From contig CM082577.2 in the NCBI GenBank assembly GCA_040954595.2, positions 10,656,806-10,720,805 of the forward strand: a stretch of 64,000 bases of DNA. The letters run 5' to 3'. The DNA comes from Balanoglossus misakiensis (lineage: Eukaryota; Animalia; Hemichordata). Under the pieces are notes generated by a model. The model saw nothing but the letters and a program-made list of their open reading frames with translations. It did not search any database and had not been told where the DNA came from. The first letter of the stretch is position 1. The number at the start of each line of letters is the position of its first letter. Shown one piece after another: positions 1 through 21,496 of the stretch. The position numbers and the translations under genes are program-made.

Positions 1-6203
<6,203 letters not shown>

Positions 6204-7492
6204 ATTGAACTTATCTACAACGCCCTCAAGAGCTATATGAAAAAAAACCTTTTGTTTTCTATTCCACAACAACATACATGTACCTATCACATACATGTAC
6301 CTAATTTAAAACCCCTAAAATGTTTGTGTAGAAAGGGATGGTTCAAATGAAGCCAAAGCCTTCTTATTTGGTCAAGTTGTAACACCCCATTCTTTGACTG
6401 ATAATTGACTACACGTTTGTAATTTTTCACAAGCATTACACTGTATGGATTGCATGAAGCTGATCCCAGGTGCAAGCTTCTTTGCCCCAGTGGTATCAAA
6501 GCAATCTGAGCATGGGGAAAGTAAAGGGCCTTGTCATCTCACGAGATAACTACCCTTTTACCACCATTGCTTGGTATGACCCTTTTGATTTCAATACCGG
6601 GTTCAATGGACCAATACACATAAATAGGGGTGGAAGCACTTAAATGCACAGCAAGCGAGGCATACCACAGACACACTGACCAGTTATCAAATACATTTCT
6701 TTATTGATAATGTTGAACTAACAAATACAATTTTTTGTATTCCTTGGGATTTCTACTTCTTAAAGAGTTACCTACACCAATGAGACGGAGACTAGACCGA
6801 TATCTCTAACCGCTACAGATTAATAATAAGACGTCAGAAAAAAATCACTAATCATAGTGACCAAAAAACTAAAGTTACATATTGCCAACATCATCAATGG
6901 GTTTAGTAGGTGAACTGTTTTGTGTTTGTAATGTACACACCTAGGGTGAGTTTGCACAGGGAATACCACTGATTATAGGTAAAACATGCATTTTAACAGT
7001 GTTACAAAACCAAATACATATGTAAAAAGTTTCTAAATCTGGTATGTTTCATCATTTATGAACTTTCTGAGGATGTTTTATTTGTGGTGGGTCGACATCA
7101 CTACTCCAAGTGTCGGAGACCACGCTGACTGTAGAGACTCGACGCAGGGAAGTATATTTTTTAATTTATAAAATTCTCTCCTTTTAATACATACGAATGT
7201 GTGTGGCTTGCGCAAGCACAGACTGGTAGATGCTGAATTGTGACGATGATGATGATGATGACAATGATGCTGCAACGAGACGAAGCTGCCCTTATTTGTA
7301 CAGCGAACGGAAGACGACAAATAGTTGACAAAATAGTGAATTTAACATTTCTGCCTAGTTACCAAAATAGATTTCCTGTCAATTTATGCAATCCAATGGG
7401 AATGTCCCACAACACTTCAGCAGGTGTACGTCTAGGTCGGTCATAAGGACCCATACACCTGTTGAAGAAATGTGTGGATATTGGGTTCTAAA

Positions 7493-7578
7493 CCCTTTCA
7501 CCACAATGGTTTGATCCAAATCCACTGTTCTCTAGGGTAGAGCTGGACCTCTATAGAGGCGAACTTGGGGTGAAAGGG
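7493..7578. mobile_element. ~86 bp piggyBac-like MITE
   Basis: TIR CCCTTTCACC ... GGTGAAAGGG with TTAA-type flanks; one of at least 6 copies in the window. Confidence 0.7.
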
Positions 7579-8972
7579 TTAAAGAGATACAAAGAGACTG
7601 ACCAATCAGAGGACACGGCTCCTGCAGGTCAGCCAAATCAAAAACACTCACTGCCTATCCCCTAGTTACTTGACAAGCCATATGAAATATTTCCACTTCC
7701 ATCAATCTGACAGTTTGCCCAGCTTTCCCATTTATTTCCCTCGGTGGATAGACCAGAAAACGTTTCCAGGCTCAAGACCAAACAGATTGTATTCTCATAA
7801 CTATTTTCCTAAGTACTCGTAACTAAAGAAAAATCTGTGGCAAAAGTACATGAAACATGAAATGAAGACTGCTTTATTGTAATGTTATATTGGAGTCAAA
7901 TAAATAAATGGAGAATATTTGATTAGCGCTACAATGATAAAATCTCGCTGGGGAAAAAACCCTGACTTACTTGTCAACCAGAATCAAATGATGGTGTGAC
8001 GATAAATTGATCGATGTGGCTTGAATGCAGCCACTTAGAGATAGCAGATTGAAACCTCGTCTTTCACCTTGTGGCACACACAAATTATTCCACTGCTCGA
8101 CAACGGTGGGGGTATGGCTTCAGATTGATTGCTTGCTTTTAATTGACAGCCGAATAAAGTGATTATTAAAAATGTCGTTGATTTTAATTAAATACTGATA
8201 TCAGAATCACATGCCGGGGGCATGGGAGGATTTGATTCCTCTCATCCATAATCCCATCACTTGAAAATATTTTGTTGTCAAAGAATGCTTTACGGATATG
8301 CATTGAATAAAAAGTGACAAAACATATAAAAAAAAATCAAAGTATGCAAGGGTTGAGAGACAATGGCCTGAGGGGTGCAAATCTTAGAAACATTTCAGGG
8401 TGTGAGACGACAAAAAAGCATCCCTTCTTCCCCCACAGTATCGAGCTATAATACACACCTAGTGTTAAAACTTCTCAGACTGACAAAAAATATATTCTTG
8501 CTATAAAACATGACCTTTGTAGATGCAAAAAACGGGACTTGTATCTCGAAAATTGGTCAAAATAGTTGCTTTACTGAAAAAAAAAGTCACTTTCATAGCT
8601 GCTGGCAGACACGGCCGAATTCTATGTGCGAGACGATGTTGTGGGGGAAACATCACATCTGAAAAGCGATGAATTCCATTTCCATCCTTTTGATGAAAAA
8701 TTTCAGGTGACAAAGTATCATTGCTGGAAAACAGCTGACAAAGATTGCAAAAATCCCCAAACGCTCAATATGCGTGGAACTTGTCTGGACAGATGGCTCA
8801 ATGCCCCTAAAGAACACAGCACTTGAGATAGAATTTTATCTGGGTTGCAGGACTTTGCAAAAGATTTGTGCACAAGTAGCATTGCAAGTCAGTACGTCCT
8901 TGATTCATTGCACAAGTAGGTGACAGCCCTCTGTATCTCCAGATCGTTTCAAATCCCTAACCCTAACTGTAA

Positions 8973-9060
8973 CCCTTTCACCCCAGGTTCCGTCTTTAGA
9001 GGTCCAACAACCTTGCCATACAAGACAATGGGTTAGGAAAGAACAATGGTGGTGAAAGGG
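8973..9060. mobile_element. ~86 bp piggyBac-like MITE
   Basis: CCCTTTCACC ... GGTGAAAGGG-TTAA. Confidence 0.7.
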
Positions 9061-9318
9061 TTAAAACAGAAAGAAGGGGAGGGCAAGCCCAAAATCTCAG
9101 CTTACTGTGGCATCCCCCAATGAAACAAGATCAAACAAACCAACTGTGCATTTGATTTCACTATTTCCAATGTTCTCTGTCAGCGTGTGTTTGGGATACA
9201 TAGTCTCGCACATAGAATAAGCTATCTTATTCATGTCTGCATTGTAGCTTTATAAATGTCATTACAATCACAATTGTACTTCTCAAGTTATAAATTTCAT
9301 CTTCAAACCGTCGGAGGT

Positions 9319-12300
9319 TTATGCCGGTAGCGTCAGCTGTTTGCCTTTAAGAACTGCAAGAGGAGAGAAAATAATGTTGAGAATTAACAGAAAGCTCATA
9401 AATATTCAAACCAAAAAACTCATCCCCACAAAGTCATGAAAATAGAAATGTTTTTCGGAAGTTTTCTAAGATGACACTTTATGTTGGATTCTGACAAAAA
9501 CGAGATTCACTGATTCGGTCACTCTTGACGCATTGACTCAGTCTCTGCAGAACAAAAAATGAAAAAGGTACAATTTCATGCATATTTGACATTTTAGAAA
9601 TAACACTACACGCGCATTTACGACAGATTATACACTGGGTACGAAAACAGTACAGCACGTGAAAATCTACACCGTCTTACCTTTTGTGATGTACAAATAG
9701 AAGAAATCGCAGTAGAGAATGGTCTGCACGCATCCAGCGACGATGGCGATGAGATCAAAGAAACCCTCGGTGTAGTAGCGGTACAACCAATTGACTATGT
9801 ACAGGGCGCGGTAGGATCCAAGCGCAAACAGGTAATGACTTGTGATGGTCTCAGCCTCTCCGGTCTTACTGATCATAAATAACTGCGGCAAGATGGCGAC
9901 CGATTCCAGATAGATTGAGAAAGTCCACAGAATCTGCATGGGAGAGAAAAAATGGCCAGCTAAGTTCAGTTGCCAATAAGGTTGTATTTAATTTAAATAC
10001 TTATTTCTTTATTCACGCATTGAGGGCTAAACACCTTGTGCAACATTTTGGCTATTTGATTGCAGTTTCCTAAGATGTCACTAATTTTCTTGTAGATATA
10101 CATGTATATGCACATTTCATCACTATGATTTACTGAAACAGCGAGACCTTACAGTATTCGTGGAATGATAATCATGGGACGGTAGTTTTCCCTTTAATTT
10201 ACAAAAACAGAACAGTCTGATTTAATTTACACACAATGATGAGACTGACTGCCAAGTACAATGACAGATTAATTTGCATGGCAAACGAGACTGTTAATTA
10301 TGCAAGTTTGAATGCCAGCTTCAAATTCAAGTTTAGGTGGGGAAAACTCGGGACTTCGCTTGAGGTTATAACCCAACTGAAAATCACAAATTCACACGAT
10401 GTGGAAATCGACCTTAGTAATCTCTCCTGACCACACATTTGTAGAATTTGGCACAGCTATGAAATCTAGAATCCAGCATTCTCCCCAATCCAATCACAGA
10501 GTGGAGTGGAACCATTAACATAACAATAGGAAGCTATTAACATTACAATAGCTATACTGTTATGCAGATTAGCCATCACTCTGCTAGAAAATTATGGGGA
10601 GAACACTGGAATCTACTTATTGGATCATAGGTTTTCGAATTAGATTACTTCACTCAATGAGAAGTCGGTAACAGACAACACACACCCTTGATCTGTTTGT
10701 CAGTTCTTACCTCCAGTGGAGAGAAGTCGTGGTTTACGAGGAAGGCTAAGCCGCCAACAGGAACAACCAAGAACTCCACTCGGAACGTGTCGTGGTTACT
10801 GTCGTAGGTGGCCTTGAACTTGGCAAACATAAGGTAGACAGTGGTCACCGAACAGAAAATGTAGATGATCTTCATGGAGGAGTTGTATACAGATATAAAG
10901 TTTGTGAAAAGATCTAGGTATCTTGTGATGAACACCATGGCAAATAGGATTTGACTCTTCCCCGAAACACCTGCAAAGCAAAGCATACAAAAAAATCAGT
11001 GAGTCTGAGATTTAATAAATGTTATCCATTTCTCCATCATGAATCAGTCCAAACCCATTGATTCCTATGGTAAAATTGGACCTCAAAAGAGGGAACTGGG
11101 AGTGAAAGGGTTAAATATTGTTGAGTTTCTTGTCGTCCTGATCACGTCAGTAAGAGACTTTGACCCTTTTCTTGTCACCAACATTACAACAGAAAACGAC
11201 AGGTGTCCAATGGCTCTTCCATCATCAAGGTGTGTACGGATATAGCTGAATTTACAAACAAATCTGTCCTCTCAATTACTTGCCACAAAGATTCTTTGCA
11301 GATGTGCAAAAACTTAAGTGTCTGTTTAGCCATGAGGGTTAACTCAAGTGAAATCCATACTCAATAAATATGACTCCAAATAAATGCATCGTGTACACCT
11401 GTTCAGCTTCAATACACAGGTTACTGAGTGCTGGTGTTTGTTGACACTTGCTATTTACACAGAGTTAGTCATTTTTTTCTGAATGATACATTATGATTTA
11501 TCAATTAAAGGCACGTAAGCTGCAACTTTGGGGATAATTTCATAATTTTTGTTTCAAACTGTACTACCATTAGTCTATGCAGATGAATGCAGTGAACTAA
11601 ACACAAGCATTATAAACCCTAAATATGAGTGCATATGCAAGTTCTAAGCAGATAAATAATAAAGCTTTGCCGCAAGCGATTATGGCCGCCACCGTGGGAA
11701 AATGCAAAAAACAACGAAAATGTTGCATTTCCGGTTATGAAACTTTATAAACAAAACATGATCTCATCCACTTGAGCTCATGGAAGTAAATGTACACCGC
11801 TGAGACATTATATTTTCCTTTTTCATTCCAATATTGCACTTTTTTAAAAATTGCAGGAATTTTCGTTTTTCTTCAATTTTTGGCCATTTTGTCATAAATA
11901 AGTGTTGAGCTTGATATATTATCATGAAATATCATTTAATAGACATGATTAAAAGCATATATGAGATTATTTAAAACTTATAATTTTTTTATCCAGTTGC
12001 AGCTCATGTGCCTTTAAGTCAATTTGCATACAGATATTTAATTTATATTTAGGAAAACCTATCATAACACACCTTGTAATTTAGGGGGAGAGTGCTGCAT
12101 TGAATGTTATGACCTGATCTTTTTCACACAATACTGTGCACCATACATGTATGATACATTAACACTGACCTCTGAGTCGGACTCTGGTACCATCTGGATA
12201 ATACTATACCGTATGGTTATAATTATTACATCTTTATTAGCGCGGTTGATTACATTGGACAAATTATAAATTCAAAATTGGAGTAGAAGCTTTTTAGGAA

Positions 12301-13824
12301 AAATTAATTGTAAAATGGCTCTGTAGTAGACAGGATGGAAGCTTATTAATGTAATGCAAATTGTTCATCTAGTTCTATTGGTTTATATTTCAGCACTGTT
12401 ATTTTTGGTGTGCAACTGAATCAAGCCTGTTGATTCAGTTACTCATCATATGAAAACTAAAATTAAAGGTCATTCGAATGAGTTGAATGCTAAGCACTTC
12501 TAATTACCTCAATTTGTATCTATGGAACTACCATTGCATCTAGCTAACAATGTTTAACCTCCCATCAGGTGACTTAGTAGAACCTTACAAATTTTGTCAC
12601 AAACCACTGGTATGACCTCACTGTCTGTTCCTCAGTTTCCACAGCGGATATGGATTCACTTGGGCGGATTACTGTAAACCAATAAATGAGCTACCCTTTT
12701 GTGGTGCACCAGACAAGAAAAGCTTCAATTATTCCTGCTGTGTAGGTCGAAGGCCACACCTACAGAGACAGTTGCATTTGACTTGCACTACCTGCCTATC
12801 TCAATTTTGAGCTTATAGCCAAATTATTTAATAAATCATCTACTCAAAGTATTCATTGGCAGAGTCCTGTGTTTGGGTGGGACAAGTATTTACGGCTAGT
12901 CAACACAGACCAACCCACATCCTAAGGATCTGGTTCACTTAGTGGACACGACTATACCCCAGGGGCGATACCATGTTTTTTTAGGGTTAGGGTTAGGAGG
13001 GTTAGGGTTAGGGTTAAACTCACCCTCACATTGCCACCCCTAACCCTCCTAACCCTAACCCTAACTCACCCTCATTGCCATGGTATCGTTGCCATGGGGT
13101 ATAGTCGTGTCCACTAAGTGAACCAGATCCCATCCTAACTTACTTCTACTGTTCACACGTACTAACTGTGCAATAGTTTATCGGATCATATTTAACCTCA
13201 TTATTTCTGTTTCGCAAGAAATAAAATATGCGATATTTTGACGCTGATCAATAAATGACGACGATGGAAATACGCCACGTCGTTGATGCGAAGGGAACCT
13301 GGAAGAAGAAATCTAACACCGTGTCGCTAATACATACACCATGGCTTCCCTCAAAAACAGCTGGTGGACGAATCGAGTGTGTCAATGTCTGTCTGTAATC
13401 TGTATGTGAACGCAGTGTCAGCCTGCGTATCACTGTTGGGATCTTGCGAGCAGCGAGCAGTGCAAAAGTTTGCGGAAACTTAGATCTATAGATATTACGT
13501 GAGTGCAAGAAAACTACTGACACGCGCAGACCCTGTCGCACAATTTTTTCAAGACCATTGTGGAAAATGCTCATCATGCCCTTGCAAGTTGGCAGACGCC
13601 ACGTTGGAACCTGGAACGTACACATATGCATACCCGCCGTACCGTCAATGGAAACTGTATGTAGCCGGCCGGCGATTTATTTACAAAATTTGAACGGTCG
13701 CCGCGCGTAATTTCGATGATGAAGTGTACTGACCTGCACAAGATCTCGTCCTCCATATCTTCAACAACAAGATAATGATAGCTAAGAGATGGCACAAGTC
13801 TCCGACCAACCGAAAAACATTCAT
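9319..13824 (-). CDS. KDELR: ER lumen protein-retaining receptor (KDEL receptor/ERD2), 212 aa
   Basis: Exons 13734-13824 ([30 protein letters not shown]), 10711-10970, 9681-9933 ([16 protein letters not shown]), 9319-9353 ([11 protein letters not shown]). Total 639 nt, all introns GT-AG. Confidence 0.97.
11509..12013. mobile_element. 505 bp Kolobok-like MITE, copy 1 (KDELR intron 1)
   Basis: TTAA|AGGCACGTAAGCTG ... CAGCTCATGTGCCT|TTAA; near-identical copy at 28201-28705. Confidence 0.85.
12926..13130. mobile_element. MITE with long TIRs carrying TTAGGG/CCCTAA repeats, 8-bp TSD
   Basis: TIR GGATCTGGTTCACTTAGTGGACACGACTATACCCC; TSD CATCCTAA at 12918-12925 and 13131-13138; internal (TTAGGG)n followed by (CCCTAA)n. 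Confidence 0.85.
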
Positions 13825-13859
13825 TTTCCTAGGTGATATCCAGCACACACACCTCACAG

Positions 13860-13925
13860 GTACAATATGGCGGCTAAGGCGACGTGGCGGAGAGCGCAGT
13901 GTATTATGGGAGTTGACGCGCCCTC
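13860..13925 (-). promoter_or_regulatory. KDELR core promoter region
   Basis: CpG-rich patch just upstream of the ATG with a YY1-like motif (AATATGGCGGC on +). Confidence 0.5.
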
Positions 13926-16526
13926 AATGTACATCTATTGATTATTCATATACTGTAACAGAGCGATGCTTTTCAACAAGTTTGAACTTGAAGGCAGGTA
14001 AACCAGCCAAGTCAGTACTGACAAGTAAACGGTATTAATCTTGAGATTAAAGTCGAACAAAAAGTCTTGATATCTTCGCTGAAAAGGCAGTGTAGACCAA
14101 ATGATTCTTCTGACATAAGAGACTGTATTTTTTTCATTCATCAGATCCAAACTGTTTTTAATTTTTTTCCTACAACATCAAGCATGCTCGAATGCCTAGT
14201 ACTTGGCTCAGCTTCACACCCTGTACGCGCGGGTCAAGTGCACTTGTAGTGTTGACAATTGAAATAAATTTAGTGCACATTCCCATTTACTTGTCAACAA
14301 TGAAAGGCATCAAATTATGTGAACCACATACATGTACATTCATAAACCATAACAAAAACTCACACAAGGAGCCTACATCCATTCAAAATAACAATTATTT
14401 TATTGACTTATCAAAACATCTCGAACAAATCTTCACATTTTATCTGTAACCAGTTCAACATGAATATGTTCACATATTAAACAAGTAGGTGATGCTAGTA
14501 TTGTGGAAAAAATAGTATAGAAGTGTACCATGAACTATACCCAACACTGGTTACATGTGCAATAAAGTTTCTCAATACTTTCGAATACATCCACTGTGAC
14601 AATACAATAAATTTAAGAAAGAAATTGTCAGGAGAAAAATAAGGGCCAACTATCATAATGTTTTTGACACAACTACAAGCAAACCAAATTTAGGATGTTT
14701 TTGTTTAGAATTGTCAACGTGAATATGTTTTGTGACAATTTACAGTAGGATGCCTTTTCGGACTTTTATTACTTGAAATGTTAAAACCTACCTAGACAGA
14801 CACAACATAGATGCTCATCTTATGATTGATGTTTGAAAAGTGTTGGTGCTCCTCCCAAATCAGTAATGCGTAGGGACTATACTCTACCTACAATACTTTC
14901 AAATCAAACACTTCTCATGGAGAAAAAAATATATATAAACTTTTTTAAAAGGACAGTTAGCTTATCTTTCACTAAATGTTGTATGAAAATAATTTTATCC
15001 TGCTTGCCACAGCACCATTATCGAGCAAGCAGGCAACACCAGTGAACACATCTGGTACACAAATACGGTGAACAAAATAGTAGCTTCGAACATGTACGTT
15101 TCAATATGCAGCAAAAAAAGGTGTTTTACGCCCCACTGAAACCCGCATCAATGAATGGCCACCGGTGTGTGTGTATGTACCACAAAACTTCTGGGGATTT
15201 CACTCAAGTCTCGTACCAGCCTACCACATTCAACACGTGCAGAAATGAATATGAAAGTCACAACTACTGACTGTGCCTAGCCTAGAAAAATTGAGAAGTC
15301 TGAAATAAGCACATTATTTTGCGTAATAGTGGATTAAAATTGTTTCAGGTTTAACACGGACGTGAACCTGGAACTTGAAACAATTGTTTCAGTCCTTATT
15401 ACCAAGGAGGAAACCTGCCTCCTTGAAAGATAATGTTACGGTAACACCGACACACTGATCTGTTTATGATTTGATAAACAAAACAGCAACTTAAACTTGG
15501 GATTTGTGGCCACATCTCAGTTATACATCTGTGATAATTTTGTAAAGAACATTCTACACCCAGAAAAAAAATTGTTTCAGGGTGGTTACCAGCATTTTGT
15601 ATGCCAGAAAAATGCCACAAACAATTATCTTAATTTGTTTTATCTTCAGTCTTGTTCATGGAAGCAGTCAAACCCCCAAATCTGGCTCTGCACTGGAAAT
15701 AAAACAGGGTTAAACTGTAGAAAGCTAGCTGGTGATAATTCTCCAGGCAACTCGAATTTCCTAACAAAGTGTGAATCTAGAATGTGCAGATTGGAAACAT
15801 TCCCCTGCATTGTACATCTACTGTAATTTGGACAATATACAAATAATTCACTTTATATCCCAGAAACAGAAAATACTTGTACACTAAAAGGGGAAAACAA
15901 GGAAGAGCGCTCTTTATGTACAGCAAGTGCTTGAATTATTACTTTTTTTTCTCGATATTTTTAAAACTGCGATGTGTAGATAACCGATATATCACGAGGA
16001 AAGACCATCTCTACATTCTATTTTTCAGAAAACACAGACAAAAATGCAGATGAGATTACAAATTACAAGAAACATGATTTCAAAGAACCCTTAGTACCGA
16101 AAAGAAGCACCTGGTGCAACTTACTAAACATTTCTCCTTTTTGCGGCAGACGGCCACATCATATAAATACGCATCTAATCCTTGGGTGTAAGTTCAAGAC
16201 GACATGTGCTTCAGAGAGAGCGAGTTGAGCAAGATTTGAAGTCGAAGAAACCGACACGCAAGAACTGATGCGACCGCAGATCTTCGGCCAATGTTTAGTT
16301 CGACACTTTAAAGTAGTACAGAACACACCTGGGCGTAAAGCGTTCAAGGTCAAGGGTACCGGGGTAATCTGGGTTCCTGGAAATAATGTTACCAAGAACA
16401 GGAAAGACGACTGTTTTGTATTTCCGTTACAGAAGTTCTGGACTCCTCCAAAAGAAGACTCTCAAGTTGATTTCTTTCTTCTCAGTAAACAACAGCATCC
16501 ATCTTGAAAAACAGTCGATTCACGAT

Positions 16527-18998
<2,472 letters not shown>

Positions 18999-20026
18999 AT
19001 TTGCATACTATTCACAGCTGAATATTTATATGGGAACAACAAAACAGAACGAGAGTTATACTTGGAAGTTGGGTATCTAAAAATGTCACCGATAATACTC
19101 TGCATGCATAGGAACATTATCTTTACAATGATATTTCATGATAACAGTTAAACACCGACCATCTCTTTTCACGTAGCTAGAAAACACTAATGCCTGGGAT
19201 GGGAGGGCAGGTCTTGTCAGGACAATTTTCATTAACACAGCGCATATCAAATCATGCAAATTGAGTGTGGACGAAATATGGCCGGCGTTGCACCTTCATG
19301 CACATATGCACAACCATAGACCCTGGTGGGGCTCCAGGGTCTATGGTATCTTACAAAACGCTAACTCCAGCAACCAGCAAACAAAATACAGTATTTACAC
19401 TTATAAATGCACCAGCAGAATGCTGTCAAACAATGATTATTCGTTTGATCATGATACTCAACAATAACAAGATCACATGGGATGCAAGAAATGTTAGTGC
19501 TTCATGACCTAATCAGTCACAGATTACAAACTCGGTCATGACAGATATACGGTTCTTTTGTACACAGGTTCAGTATTGTACAGTACTTATGTATTCCCCC
19601 GTAAAACGTGTTAACCGGAAGTGAACTACATGCATTAATTTTACGTTGCGCATGCATCCAATATTTTGTAAATTCCAGGGATATTTTTCAAATAGGTTTT
19701 CCTTAAAAAAACAACTACGACAGTAAACCTTTCATCAACTTAAACATTTGCCAGCATATGCCTTTTTGGGACAAATTACCCGGTAAATGTGTCATTTTCA
19801 AGACCATGTGTCGGTTCAAGAGTTGCATCACTGCCGATCGTATCAATGACACAATGACATTGGCTGTTTGTCAGCCGTGGTGCCGGTAAAACTCAAAAAT
19901 TCCATCACCGAGCACCCATCCTCGATCGAAATCATAGAACGGAATCACTCTATGACTCTGAACTGCATCCGCAAACATGCGGCAATCGAGGCAAACAGTA
20001 CAGACGGCAATGTATCTTTTACTCAC

Positions 20027-20090
20027 CGTATCGTGAAAGAAATACAAAAAGCGAAAATGGCCGCCAGTTCTTTTGGTCACGTGACTTACC
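20027..20090 (-). promoter_or_regulatory. UBE2I promoter and non-coding first exon
   Basis: Donor GTGAGT at 20026-20021, YY1-like AAAATGGCCGCC, palindromic E-box GTCACGTGAC (20076-20085), CpG-rich; matching acceptor at 19018 just upstream of the ATG. Confidence 0.6.
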
Positions 20091-20563
20091 CATAAAGCCG
20101 TGCGCTCTAGCCACTTGGGAAGTTCCAGGTTCGGCCCAGGCAGACGGAACTGTCTTTATGCTGAATTGTTTAACATAAATACTTGAAGTTGAAAAATATC
20201 ATTTAGAAATTAGAGGGAATGGCAACACAGAAAGAACGAGACTGTCAATATTTTTGCCCACTACACCACTTGCTATTTTGGTTCAAGTATACTTCAATTT
20301 TCCGTCTTTGCCTCAGATCAAAATGGAAACTTCATTCATCCATGATTCATCCAACCTATGTTCATACGGACCAGAACAATGACTTCTTTCAATATGAAAT
20401 TATTTTTACTGATAGCATATCCATCTCCAGAATTAAAACAGGCAGAACTACTGTGTATTGTCGACTAAATTTCTCTGCATGCACACCTATTTTAGGGACA
20501 GTTTAGGTAGCAGTAGTAATGAGTTTTTTCTTTGTTGCTGATTTGGTATCAACTGCAGTGACA

Positions 20564-20872
20564 GGGGACTCTCCCTCCACACTTTTAGTGTGTATGTTTG
20601 CTGTTATTGATTGACATTATAAACAAAAATGTTTGTTTATTTTTTTTTATAAATATGGTCAGGTTTGTTTCTTGACATGTTAGGGTTATTCGCTCCACAG
20701 CATAAACCCCAACCCTACCCTAACCTTTGAATATACCCTAACCCTAACATGTCAACAAACATAACCATATTTATAAATAAATAAATAAACAAACAAATAG
20801 TTTTGTTTATTACATTAATCAATAACAACAAACAAACAAACAAACACACTAAAACTATGGAGGGAGAGCCCC
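20564..20872. mobile_element. Palindromic (foldback) MITE
   Basis: Imperfect ~125 bp inverted arms (GGGGACTCTCCCTCCA ... TGGAGGGAGAGCCCC) around a short core containing CCCTAA-like repeats. Confidence 0.6.
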
Positions 20873-21496
20873 CTGTGGTTAGGGTCATGGTTAGTGATTG
20901 CATGATCAATCTCACAACATAAGACCATGTCACCCTCCCCAATACTAGTATTTCTACCAGTACGTGGACTGAGTGCAGAAGTCCCGATGCAGAAGTCAAA
21001 ATTTGTTTGCATCAATTTGCTGAGTCGAGCTAGTGAACCAGTGAATGCATGCACCCCGAGCCAATAAAACACATAATTACAGTACATAACAGAAAGAAAC
21101 CTCTTTCAGTATGAAAAGCAAATTATAAAATTTAATATAATATAAATATTGTTTTATTTGTTTTCTAAACCTGCAGACTCGAACATATTCTAATCAAATA
21201 CAGTACAGTTGATAGCAAACAGACAGAAATGAAGTGTTACAGAGTTAGAAACCTTAACGACCTATACATTTTTTAATGCTCACATGCAGGTGACCTATCG
21301 TACACGTAAGCAATTTATGACTTAAATTGTTTCAAGAGCTCAAAACAAATAAAAACAACACATTTCAAAAATGTCAGCAAGATTCCGAATTTTGCATTAA
21401 AAATATATGAAAGCACCGATTTATGAAGATTTATTTAGTTGAGTAAACTTGAGAGGATGCAGCCACGTGCTAGTTTCACATTTTGCAGTTGACCCC

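Noticed and set aside
12980-13065. Telomere-telomere chromosome fusion scar
   Set aside because: The repeats are enclosed by TIRs and an 8-bp TSD, so they are part of a MITE.
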